Source: Botryllus schlosseri
Taxonomy: Eukaryota
Assembly: GCA_051294905.1 (NCBI GenBank)
Contig: CM119372.1
Span: 31,250,001-31,314,000, forward strand
Length of the DNA stretch: 64,000 bases
Direction: 5' to 3'
Position 1 is the stretch's first letter, and each line of letters begins with the position of its first letter. Positions 9,118 through 21,969 of this stretch are shown here, piece by piece. Below the pieces are notes generated by a model, which did not search any database, was not told the origin of the DNA, and saw only the letters and a program-made list of their open reading frames with translations. The translations under genes were made by a program, and so were the position numbers.

Positions 9118-9276
9118 CAATTGAGATTGTAATTGAGCAAACTTCTGATCAAATTACAATTACAATTACAATTACACAAAATAGAAATGCTTCAATTACA
9201 ATTACAATTACAATTACATGAAAAAATGTAATAATTACATTCAGCTCAATTACAAATTACAATTGATCCAACTATG
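9118..9276. repeat. AATTAC-repeat non-autonomous element remnant
   Basis: Clusters of (AATTAC)n with inverted GTAATTG at the left. Confidence 0.6.
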
Positions 9277-9559
9277 GTGTTAAACGCATTCGCGCTCAGC
9301 TAGTAACTATATAAATATAAAGGTAAAATAGCTCTCGTCTAGTTTTTAGATCGCAGAGTTTGGACGGATAAATATCGTGGCAGTCTATAGAGAGTGCGGC
9401 ACACAACATATGGGTGAGACAAAGCTAATTTATTGCATCACCGAATCAACCTCTGCATTAAAATTCATTGTCTTTCGAAATGTGGGCAAAAGTCATTCTT
9501 TGGCTCGTAGGAAGTGATATATTTACGATCAATTGCTATTGTTCAATGTTGAATGTCGG

Positions 9560-9900
9560 CCCTTATTGAACCGACTCGTCCTGCGCTGTCCGCCACGACA
9601 CCAATGGACGTGGGTTCGAATCCCGGTTCTGACCAACTTCTGCGTGTCGGAGGTATCTCTGGGCTCATCATCGCCGACCTCACTACTACGTCGGTGCACT
9701 GAAAGTGAGTTGTGCTACAAGTCGATAGCAGAGACCACGATTGGGACGCATGGGAGCGAGGGAGAATGAAGAAATACGGAGAAAGAGATGAAAAGACGTT
9801 TCCAAGAATACAAAAAGCAAAGACGCTGAACATTATGAAATTCGTGTCGTGAAGCACCAGGCCTAAAAAGACGATAAGCTCCACTGTGATGGGCCCAATA
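9560..9900 (+). mobile_element. tRNA-derived SINE-like insertion in the pseudogene intron
   Basis: B-box GGTTCGAATCC at ~9613. The segment is absent from the paralogous intron at ~55858. Confidence 0.55.
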
Positions 9901-10033
9901 TACATAATACTTACCATAAGAGTGCAGTTTCATATAGGCTTTTATTTTAGATGCAGATGATAGCGACTATAGCACGTGGACATTTCGTGTAGCATTTGAC
10001 AGAAAGTAATAAACATGATCATAATAATTTTAC

Positions 10034-10323
10034 CGGTAGATTGCTGACTCTTCAAACTCATTGCTCGCTGTATTAGTTGAGACAGGAACAATGTAGAATC
10101 TCGATGCTCGCCTGCGTTCGTATGACTTGCTTCGAGGTAGAAATTATTGGTGGTTTCATTGACGACATTGTGATTCCCGGATATCACATTCATCCGTGAA
10201 CCTATGATACTCTGATCGACATAATCAGCTTTTGCCAACTGCGCGGTGTTGATGCTTTGTTCTGTGACCAATGATCAGCGTTCAATCATATCATTTTATA
10301 AATGAGACAATGTTGAAATTGCA
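10034..10323 (-). pseudogene. Pseudogenised copy of the NLR N-terminal exon
   Basis: Near-identical peptide to 55933-56245, but with CAA>TAA and TGG>TGA stops (MIER*) and a short in-frame deletion. Confidence 0.8.
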
Positions 10324-11355
10324 TGCTATAATTAATATATAAACTTCCAAACTAAGATTGTGGTTCTGTTGAGGTCGATTTCTTTCCATTTTGCAAGTTG
10401 TAGCGTCTTTCTAAAAAAGCTATTCATAGTAGCCATTGCTGGTGACGAGTAGAAGTACCAAGTGGAAATACTGCCACAAATCCATATACACAATAACAAG
10501 TAGAAGATGCGCTCTTTCAGACACAGAAAATCGGTTCAAGTATACAACCAGAAACTGACGGCTCTAGAAGTAATCAGATACGTACTACGTAGTTTGTAGG
10601 AGTAACTCTATACTTTTATTTATCTATAGACAGTGATAGTTTTTGAATATTTGTGTCCAACACAAAATTTTTAATGACGTCGAAAATAATTGTAAATTTC
10701 CACATTCTTATACTCTGCACACAGGGATGCGATTCTATCCAAATACTCCATCTTTCTTGAAAAATTGTAAGACGCAAAAGGAAAGCCGTTGCTTTCAAAA
10801 GTTGCTGCTGAAGTAGTGGAGTGGAGGAAGTCGGCTATAGCCGGAAACGTAACCACTTGAGTACATAGTGTGCGCAGAAAAAACTTTTTGAGGTGCTCCG
10901 AAAAAGTATATGTATTTCGTTACCAAACAGTTCTGCTTTCCATCAAGCCAATATCAATAGAGGTGTAATTTATAAACGCGGGTAAATCAGTCTGTATAGT
11001 AAAGATTTCAATTGTAAATATACCTGTCAGTTGATCTGTAACTGAATTTTGAATAACGTGTTTCCGTTTGGAACCAGATGCAGTCAGTAATGAAATACAA
11101 AAGTTTCGTCGCCAGATCATCTTATTCTGTGCTTCTTATTATTATCCTGTCACTTCTATACATCATCAACATTCTTGTTGGATTCCAAATTTCCAAAGTA
11201 TTATCATTCAAATATTACGAACTAGTTAGTAAAGTATTGATCAATTCACAATATTTTTCAAGTTTAGTCGAATGTCAAACATTACGCTACACGACTTGCG
11301 TTTACCCTAGAACTTGATGTTTGAAAATATGGTTGGCGGTACTAAACTTGAGTAT

Positions 11356-12113
11356 TGCTTTCACAACTACATTCATTGCAGTAAAGAATTTATTAACTCG
11401 AAGACTTTTCGTGTGCCCCTTATCGAGAGTTAACGGCACAATAATAAGCATACAGAGAGAGATTCAAACGAAAACCAAAAAGGCAAAGTATGACGTAATA
11501 ATACAATAATAAAAAATTAACGCTAGGCAAAGTTAGCTGTACCGGTAGTCATAACCAAAGAATATAGAATATAGAATTCTTTGGTCATAACAAGAGACGA
11601 GAGAAAATCAAATTATAGGCCTACTATAATACACGGAAGACAACACACCGACAAATAGCGGTATATATTAATGGGAAATTTTGAGATTATATGGATACTC
11701 TTTCTGCCGACATAAATCCGGATTGGTCAATTTTATTATGGTTGACTCCAAGACAGACAGATGGAAGGCAGATCTGCCTTCCGGTCCTGATCCGGATTTA
11801 TGACGGCAGAAAGAGTTTCTATATAATGTCAAAATTTCCCATTAATATATACCGCTATTTGTCTGTGTGTTGTCTTCCGTGTATTATAGTATAATTTGAT
11901 TTTCTCTCGTCTCTTGTTATGACTACCGGTACAGCTGACTGCCTAGCGTTCATTTTTTATTATTGTATTATTACGTCATACTTTGCCTTTTTGGTTTTCG
12001 TTTGAATCTCTCTCTGTATGCTTATTATTGTGCCGTTAACTCTCGATAAGGGGCACACGAAAAGTCTTCGAGTTAATAAATTCTTTACTGCAGTGAATGT
12101 AGTTGTGAAAGCA
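11356..12113. repeat. ~760 bp near-perfect palindrome (foldback-like element)
   Basis: Arms 11356-~11725 and ~11790-12113 are reverse complements, which explains the two identical spurious ORFs on opposite strands. The central loop is short. Confidence 0.92.
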
Positions 12114-15100
12114 GAACTTGATGTGTGGGGTGCTTTTCTTCTTTGCCAGAGAGTCAATGTGACGGTTATGTCAGGTTAAGACAGGTTATGGGTTACCATG
12201 ATGTTATATTTGTCCTAAGTGTAAAGCAGTTCCAGTAATACTCCCGCTACTCGTCACAGTGTCACTGAAATGATGCGTTCGCTAAGTGAGATGTCAGGTC
12301 GATGATACACAAAAATGAACAATACTGATATAGCTTTCACTGGGACCTGATTTATTAACTTGCTACCAACACACCAAGCATATAAATATAGCCTTTAGAC
12401 TCGTAATTTACCATTAAATCAAAAGAAAGGATAAATATTTCCTAACTATTAAAGGATCATAATCACAATCAAAATAATCAGCGGTTCTATTAAGACTTGT
12501 AGGCCTACAACTTGTGGATTTTCAAAACGTGGAACCATAACTAGAACTACTTACTTTTCCAAACTCTCAACTCAATCTAGAACTAGAACGAGAAGTAGGC
12601 GATACGAGCTTTAAAAATACCCAACTAACTAATTAAGGAAAACTAACTAATAAAGGTTGACTGTTTTATTTTCCAACCGCTCCGAAATTTCCTATTTTTA
12701 GTCTTTCAATTTTTTCGTGATGTGAAATGACATGTTACAATATTATGTCTTCTATCCATTACGTACGACATCATTGAGTGCTTTTCATTTCATTTTACGC
12801 CATTACTGACCGTGGGGTAAAAGACCAACAGGTGATAAGCACCAAATCAATTAACTAGACTGGTAGTTTGTACTAGTCTGGCTCTATTTTGTTCATCCGC
12901 ACCAGACAAACAGTGTACAATGTATAATAGATGAATGGGAGGGTGTCGAAACGACGAACTACGTTCCTTCAATTTATCTTGTATTCACCTCGGTTGCAAA
13001 CGACTGGTACCTCACGTCACCAGGATATGCTCCCCGCAGCCCTAACAAATTTGAGTATGTAGTTACTCTCGCCGTTTAACCGGATTTTTACTGTTGTTGT
13101 TTTCCGCTATAACTAGTTTTTTTTTTCACAATAGAGAAAACTTTCCTCTTTAGGACTGATATAAACATGATGTTTCTGTAGCTTTTGAGCTATATATCAT
13201 TACTCTACGACCAGCAGTTGCCGAGATATGCAATTTTACCCCCTCGCGCGCGGAAAGTGGGGGTTGCCGGCAGGAAAATGAGGGCAATACCCTAAATTCA
13301 TTTTTAGTGAAGTTTCAGAACTTTGGTCGGGATTTAAGAACCCCCTTTTTCGATTAAAAAAAAGTCATTTTCACTCCACCCTAACCTATATCCTTACTCT
13401 TTTCATTCGATTTCCTCACATTCGTCCTACAGACAACTCTGTCTCTGTTTTTTTGTACATGCGCCATATTTGAGCACGGATGACCACACACTTATTGATT
13501 TCCAGCTTCACTAAAAATGCAATTTTAAAGGAATTTCAATAAACTCTTCATCAAATTTGCAAGGAAAGACAAGACAGCCATTTATGGAGAACATATAGAT
13601 AGCACGTTCCGAAGATCAACGAGGTATTGGAGCTAAACGTCATCGTACACTATCAACATTATTTACCTGAGATCCGGGAGGATGATGACAATGACGCGGT
13701 CTCGCATTCCGAAATGCCACTGGGTAGATCTTTTCCTCCGTCAGCCATGATGCAGTCTACATGGTGGAAAATAACTCGTACAATACTGAAAGTGCATACA
13801 CATACTCACATAGGTAGCTTTTAACCTTCTTGAATTTGGTCAGTTGTCCTGCCAAGGGTCTCTTGCGAACTATAGACCTATGAGACATTAATCGTTTGGC
13901 ATTGCAACAGTGAAATGATTACAACATCCATAATAAATTGATGAATATGGTAGGGAAGTGCTTCTCAACCTTTTTAACCTCGTAGCGCCCTATCTTCGGC
14001 AGAAAATAGTTCACGACACCCTTGCAGTACGAGTAGGCTACCTCGAGTGGCCAGTAATGGTAAACTGCACCGCTGCAACACCAATGGATCGGGATGTCGG
14101 GTCCGACTTTAGAGTCACTTCCTAAGTGCTGTAGTTAGGCTCCTCCTCGCCATCCGATCTGTGAAATCGGTGTGTTACAAAAAGTGTTGAGCGAAAGTGA
14201 CCCGTGCTATAAGTTGGCATATCAGGAATCACAGCAAGCAATATCGGCCTTGTATAAAGGATAAAGACTACAGATGTCGAAATATCAAGGCCAACTCCGG
14301 CCAACCCTAATTGCCGATTAATGACCGGTTGTTTAGTTTCACCTTCCCGAATGCTACTACATGTGGGCGAGTTGTCGTTCCACCGCCATTGACGGCGGAA
14401 TCCCCGGTTTGCTTCTTGTTAGTAGCAAGTTATGAAGAGTAAGAGGATTATTTAAATTCTCTCCCCACGTCACTGTGTCCACAACATCCTTGCATAAAAC
14501 ATTTCAGCAAAAAAACCGATCAAAGATGAATTCAGGGAAAATAATGAAAAGAGCGAGGGAACGTACGACCACTATGTTACATCGGGCATTCGGCTGACTG
14601 GGATGCCAGGACCGTACTTGGTCCTACATCGAATTGTACATTGTCTGTATTGAGCGGTAAAAATATTCCTGAATATTTTTAGACAGCGACCTTGATTTCC
14701 TAATATGCTCGCGACACCTCTGAGCAGTCCGATCGGCACCCTATAGTGTGCGGCAACACCCAGGATGGGAACCACTGCTGTAGGGCGTAACCATTACGGA
14801 TATTATTAATAATGATCAATAAATGTACTTTGCGTAAGCTGCACCTTACATTGTGTCTACCACCAACCAGCGTGATGTCATTATTACAGAATTTTCACTA
14901 TAATAAACGTATATTTAACGTATTAAACCAACTTTACTGCCAACTTTACCGATTAACTGGCGACAGCCAACCATAACGAAAGTCACGAAGTCTCCAAATC
15001 AAATGTTTATGAGGTGAAAACTGAATATGGACTCGTCTATAATACACGTTTGAGATAATGCAGGGATGACAAACTGCCAAACCACGCCAATTTCAGTGAC

Positions 15101-15678
15101 TCACTTGTAGTTTTTAAACTTATAGGCCCTACAGATTTTCAGCAGAATGGCAATGAAAGTAGAAGTAACGAAATAGCTGACTTTAGTTCTAGAGACAAGA
15201 GGTCAAGATATGGTGGCCTAATGGAAGAAAGTTTTTTTCTAAGCTAATAAAATGTGTGTCTATGAATAGACAACATGTTCGATTTGTATCTAAAACCAGC
15301 GTTCAGGCTAAACATTGAGTAATAAATAGTCTTCATTATCGCCTCTTTTCCTGGGACAGACAAAGGCTACACTTGAACTACTGAAACAAAATTCTTCAAG
15401 TATTCCGCTAAACGCCAGATTTCAAATTTGTTATTGTAGGCGTTTGACAGTCAATTTTCCGGATTACTCGTATTCAACAACGTAAGGGGGATACGTTGTG
15501 GTCGCGTTATCCATTCCCTAAATTGCGAAATTGCAGCGATACTATAAGTAGGGCGATTTTTTGACATGTCAAAAAAATCAAAATTTTGTCAAAATTGTAG
15601 CGTTAGGTCAAAAAATGTCAAAATTGTTAACAAAGTCAAAATGTTTTGCAGCCTGCATTTCATTTGTATCGTATAGAT

Positions 15679-17070
15679 CAGTGATTCCCAACCTTTTTCG
15701 TCAAACCGCCCCCTTTTGGAGCTCCACGCCGATCATCGCCCCCCAAATATAGGGAACCAAAAAATGGACATACAATCTGGGATCAACGGCGAGTTGACTA
15801 ATAGAAAGAGGTCAACTTTTCGACTCTACCTCGAAATCACACTTCTACAGCTAAATGTTCGTGAATTGACTGAAGAAAAGGTCATTTCTCCGACTTGACT
15901 CCCATCAGGACCGTAACAGCACTTCGTCAGCCCCCCCCCCCCCCCCCCAAAAAAAAAAAAGTTGGTGTTGGGCCACGATAGGGTGATAAACCAAACCCTA
16001 GCCCCTCTCAACCAGTGGGCTTTTTGTCGTTACATATCAGCTATACCCTATTTCATGTACTGTCTGGTGAGTCACCGTACTTCGCCTGAACGCGCGAATC
16101 GCGGCAAATTTATATAATTCATGTTTGAATCGGTCAATATAGTCGGGAATTGCATATATATTTCCATCAATTTTTTATCCTCTCTCTGCTCAAGTAATCA
16201 CATTTATCGGTAGAGCTGAGTGTGCTGTGTTGGAAAAGGTAGTAACCCTAAACACATCTTCGGGTGGACACTTTGTTATATTGACTTCGTTACATGATGC
16301 TATTTTGTGACCTCCTATATCTGCTATGTCAAAAGATATGGATATCACCAAAACGTACCGAACTAAAATACGCATATTGTTTCAAATGGGTGTTTCTTTC
16401 GTGGCATATATTTTTCCCTGCGGGGTGGCATTGGTCTTGTAGGGTTCAGATCGCCACGACAGGAACATTCGACGCCAGCCATTGAGGCGCCTAAGGACAA
16501 TTACACATATATGTATATCGAAGTTTTCGGTCAGCACAAGGGCATTCCTTTTCGTCCAAGGTCTTTTCGCTGCTGATCGTTCTGGCACACTTCTCGGAGT
16601 CGCATGTTACATGGCCTATAACTTCATAGGCATTGGTGCGTCGCGGCGCAGTAATGGCCGACGCCGAAGTCTCCATTTCCTAAATCGTGCGTATTTTTGT
16701 TGGGGGAAGGGCACCCCGAAATCAAGATATATGACAATATGAAATCGCGTGCAGAGCTAAAATTTTTTTAAATCGTTGCATGAATTCCTAATAAAATACT
16801 CTATAATTTATGATAATTCACGAAATAATTTGGGGCCCCCTTCGAGTTCGGCCCCCCAATTGAGGGTTTTGGGTGTGACAGTTACGGTCCTGACTCCAAT
16901 ATAGCCGTTTTAACGCGCCATCGCCCCCTATCGCCCCCTTTGTTGTTTTCGCCCCCTATCGCTCCCTTCGTCCGTTTTCGTCCCCCTATCGCCCCCTTCG
17001 TTATTTTAGCCCCCTAGACCGCCCAATCGCCCCCTGGGGGGGGCGATATCGCCCACGCTGGGAACCACTG
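15679..17070. mobile_element. Nested hAT-type MITE (level 2)
   Basis: TIRs CAGTGATTCCCA/TGGGAACCACTG, TSD GTATAGAT, subterminal TCGCCCC repeats. Confidence 0.9.
15906..16892. mobile_element. Nested hAT-type MITE (level 3)
   Basis: TIRs CAGGACCGTAAC/GTTACGGTCCTG, TSD ACTCCCAT/ACTCCAAT. A related copy ends at 22582 and a fragment lies at ~59744. Confidence 0.85.
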
Positions 17071-20000
17071 GTATAGATGTTTGCACTGTGGGTGAACTTA
17101 TCATTGATATTTTACAGCTTGTAGCCCAATTTATCGGCCTACCGTTGTAGAAAGACCAGACCGTGAATCATAAACCGCCAAATGAAACAAATACGTTGGT
17201 ATGGTATTTTGCTCAGCGTACCGCAATATCCTAACTGAAGCAAGTCTGCGTGGACAATGGGCATTGGTTCTTATATCAACAAGCGCATGATGAAAAATTG
17301 TGATGTAGACAAGTTGTCAGAATGAAGCAATGCGGTGTGTCAATAGCCGTATACTGTACGCACAACTTCAGTGTTGTCAGCCAACAACTGCTGCTGTTGA
17401 ACGTTCTTTCTCCATTGTTGGCAAGATACTTAATAAGGACAGACACTTTCTACCCGAGAATGTAGGAAAGTATCTTTCGTTGTACTACAACAAATTTTAA
17501 TTAGTTCTCCCATAATGCGTGACGTAACTACTGGAATTCTTCATAGGTTCTGATTTAGGTAAAATCAGTTTTTTCATGTAAAATTTGTCAGTTTTTAAGT
17601 GAAAAAAGTTAGCTCAGGCCTAACTACTTCTTAATGACAGACAATTTCAACCAGAAATGAAGATAAGTAGTACAATTCTAAGATTTTTTTGGAAAACACC
17701 TAATTTACATACGTGAACTCAAAATTTGGACCAAATTAAGTATTTTTAATTTAAAAAAACGTCAAAATTTGGATTTTTTAGGTCAAAATCTTTCGTTTGT
17801 TAGGTAAAAAAATCATCGCCCTAACTATAAGATGTTTGGTCATGCTGAAGTATTTAGAAAGGAAATCGCTAAGTTTTCTACTTATTTGCACAAGCCAAGT
17901 TGAAATCATTTCTTCGACTGCTAAAGTACTTTATCGGAGCTGATTTAGCTCGTCATCGAAGGCAAAATGCTTTCCAATAAGTAATATATTGTTTTTGTTG
18001 ACAAATACAAGCAATTACAACTAAATGAATACTAGTCCATCCTCAAGATTACCGGACCACGACTGACCTATCGATCTCGCCTTCCATGACATGCCACCCC
18101 ATTTTCATCGCTTGCTTTTTTCTATACTATCTTCTATACTACCTTCCTATCTTTCATTGTATCGCATTTTTGTGGTCTTTTGAACTGATAACATTGCTAA
18201 TAAACCAATGATGAATGATGATGAGGATACGGATGGAATGTCAGAAAAATTCGTCGGTTTTGGAGTAATAGATGCTACATTGCGTTTCATTCTTTCCGCG
18301 CATATCCATATATAATTTGAAAACCCTATATTATCGAAGTTTGAGTGGCTTGGTATTTCTAATTCGGAAATTGAAATAACATACTTTCATGGAAGTGCAA
18401 TGCGGAAATTGTATTCGGATATAAATAGCCACCTACAACAAAATTAAAACAAATGCGCCATTGATATCAGTGCAATTTTGAATTGCCTACCAAACTGGTT
18501 TGAATGAAACGCATAAGTTTGAACTATGTCCGGTTCCACCTATGCATGGCAGTCTTTTGTTACGCATATGTCTTTCATAATATCGGACAGCATTATATGC
18601 GCCACCAGCAACCCGCTCCTCAATGCTTTCAGGTGCACTGTCATGGAGACGCATTTGCCGCATAGGCTACTTGTGATCTCACTATAGAGATTGTAGGATC
18701 TCTATAATCTCAATGTGAGACCCCTTATGAAGTGAGTCACTAAAAATTACTTATTGGTAAGAAAGGCTCATAAGTCGCAACAAGCACACATCCGGACTCA
18801 ATATTAAGGATACATAGCTGTGAAGTCTGTGACTGAGCACAATCTACAATATTGTTGTACGTAGCAGTGACCCGACTTTCATTAGGGACCAAGCAGCCTT
18901 TGAAATAATATAATCAATAGATCATTCATCATAACAATATTAATGTCAACCCATGAGAGGCTCGAATTCGCTTTACCTTAGTTTTCATAAAATATTATTC
19001 TTCAACACGTAGGCTACATACCCCGACAATACAATCATATGACGCTAGAATTTTCATCCTAATCACTCTCTGCATACATCGCAAATATAATTCGCTAACA
19101 CACATAGGTTACATGTGACATGATGTCAAATGTCGAAATAACCGGCGAAGGTATAGCGTTTTCTCTCCTATATCTTTCTTATTATAGGTTTCCTCGATAT
19201 TTTCATTAACTTCCTTAGATGGTACTTGGTCGGGTGTGAGCACAGTGGCGTTGGGAAGAGAATCCCAGATGAACCTGCGACGCTACGGCTCTTGCTACTG
19301 CCAAGAATAAAACCGAAGTCTCCACTTCGTCGTGATTGTGGAGGCTCAAGCCTTATTAGCTCTGATGCGACTATACGGAGCATTAATGCAACAGAATTAC
19401 CCTCGGCCTACCAGTGCTGCCGAGATATTACGTTTCCTGGGAGCAGAAGTATAGCTAACCAAAGTGTTATAAGGTTTAGCTGGCTGGCTATTTAACCTGG
19501 AAGTCCTGTTTCTCTTGGGTGCGATCTTCTTAAGACACAGATAATACGCTAGACATACGAATATATTTCAGACGTTGATGCAAGTAGGTTTAGCAAATGA
19601 ATCTGTTTCTTGAGAAAATCGCACCCAGGTATAGGCTACCTGTATAATGTACAGTACATCAACTCCGCGAACAATCTGCGGACAATCTGAACAATTTACG
19701 TATCAATTTGGCAGGGAAGCTAGAAGCGAACTGGATACTGTGCGTTTTCGCCTGCTGCTGATGCGGCGTGGCGAGTAACACGAAAAGATTTTTTTATAGA
19801 AGACGGTACACTTCTGCAAAATACAATCGTTTTTAAGACAGTTTTACAATTACACAGCAAGCAAATCACAATTTCTGGTGCTCAAACTATGCATAAACGA
19901 TACATGCAGTGGCTGTAACGCTCAACTATTTATCTCTTATTGCAAGTACATGAAGGTACACCATTGGTATACCTTTCTGGTATGTTACCCCTTACCCGAC

Positions 20001-21929
20001 TCTAGTGTTATCTTTCAGAGTTTATAGGTCTAAAATATATCAAGAAGAAGTTTAATGATTTCTCTGTTTACGCCAAGTTTCCCGTACGCTGTTATGCCAT
20101 TATGTACCCTTCTCTCACTGATACCGTTGCTATGGAATTTAGCAAACGTCGATTCACGTGGAATTCAAAAGAACGATCTACATTTGCGGGCAACTCCAGG
20201 CTTTTCGACAGCCACGGTAACATCTTATCTCAAATTTCGAGACTCATGCATTCATAGAAACATTCCATTATTGCAGACTAATATAGCGTGCATATAAATT
20301 GTCGATGTCCGCGATGTCAACATGGCTTAGGGATGTCACAATATTACTGGTCGATGCCATACATATATTTTGGCATATCATTGAGCAATTGATGTCATGA
20401 TGTACTTTAGCGATGACATGATGTACTTTAGCGATGACACGATTTGGGGATACGTCTATGTTACGCATGTGGCGTGAATAGTACGGATTGCCTCAATCTA
20501 CTTCAATACCCGATTGTGGTCGTGATAAGTCGTTAATACGTCGGTCCTCAGCAATGCCAGCAGTATTTTTCGGACTCTGATTTTCAAATTTACAGACGGA
20601 GCCGGATGAATATGAAATCCGAAATTTCAGAATACGCACTTCTCTGAACTCAATACAATTAAAGATCCAATCCACAGATCCAAGCTGATATAATCCCACT
20701 GCAAGTTCTCCTTATATGGTTCATATACATATTAATTATCGAAGATTTGTTGTGGACCTGTATACATCCTTATCGTAACATCGCATATGACATCGCTCTT
20801 CATTATTTTATTGCTTGCCCATATCCGCGGAATTTATTCTCCCTTTGGAATTCAGCCTAATCGTACCGTGTTGCTCACGGGTGGGTGTTCATCAATCCGT
20901 TTGGCGTCGATTCATATCTGTTGATATTGTGTTTCGAAGTGTTAAAATAACAATATCAATAAACCAGTGGTTTGTAACCTTTTAGCGTCACCCTAGCAGT
21001 TCGAGTATCATACGGCTGGGTAAAGTGGAGTAGTGTTACGTTGTACCTCTGCAACACTAACAGGCTGCGGATACGAGTTCGACGGAGGTCGACTCCAGAA
21101 TCCCTTCCTAAGTGCCAGAGCCGGATTATCTAGGCTCTCCGCGCCATCCCAATTGCGTAAGTGGTGTTCTACAAAAGGTTTGGAACAAAAGTTCGGTCAT
21201 CAGTCTGATGCGAAATGTCGAAATACCACGAACGTTGTGCATAATCTGGCAAGATGATGATTAAAAAATAAAATCGGGTATCAAATTACGTCATGTCATT
21301 GTTCTACCCGGTTCTGACGGTGGTGAGTAGGAAAATAGGTCAACACTTTCGAACAGACCTCAACATAATGATGAAATTTCCCGGGTTAAGACCTTTTGTT
21401 CACTTATCACCTTCTCACATGCGTTCCAACGGACTTGACAGTAGAGGCCTATAGGTTTAATTTTTCGCAGCAGCAAGTTCTACACCATCGGAGGTTTCTC
21501 TGAGATTCACCTGCTCCCCTACGTCGCTATGATTACATCGTGCTTGCAAAAAGACCCAGAGATAGCCCCGACCAAGGACGAGTTCAAAGAAGAGAATGAA
21601 TGAACGAGGAACCCTAAAATAAGAAAGACAAAGATCGAACACCGTTACATCGGGCATTAGGCTGAGGGGATGCCAGATTGAGAGACCGTACTTGGTCGTT
21701 TCGATATTCTACCATCCAGGATCGAAACAGCGCTTCCTCAGACCTCCCATCACGATATAAGTTTTCGCCGCTACTTCTGAGCGAGTTTTCTTATACTCAT
21801 CAACATCAGACAGTTTGTTTATATTACCTGATAGCGCCAGCGCGAACATTTTCTGTAATTTGTGATTGAATCGGTCAATATTATCGGAAATTGCATATAT
21901 CTATATATATATTGCAATGAATTATTTTT

Positions 21930-21969
<40 letters not shown>

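Larger units (their letters stand above)
15549..17823. mobile_element. hAT-type MITE with two successively nested MITEs
   Basis: TIRs TAGGGCGAT/ATCGCCCTA, TSD ACTATAAG. An uninterrupted copy lies at 36413-37182. Confidence 0.9.

Noticed and set aside
10616..11120. Cluster of short minus-strand ORFs that might be a decayed gene
   Set aside because: No recognisable motif, and no counterpart seen in the intact NLR copy.
11321..12157. Two near-identical small ORFs on opposite strands
   Set aside because: A by-product of the palindrome, with no recognisable protein features.
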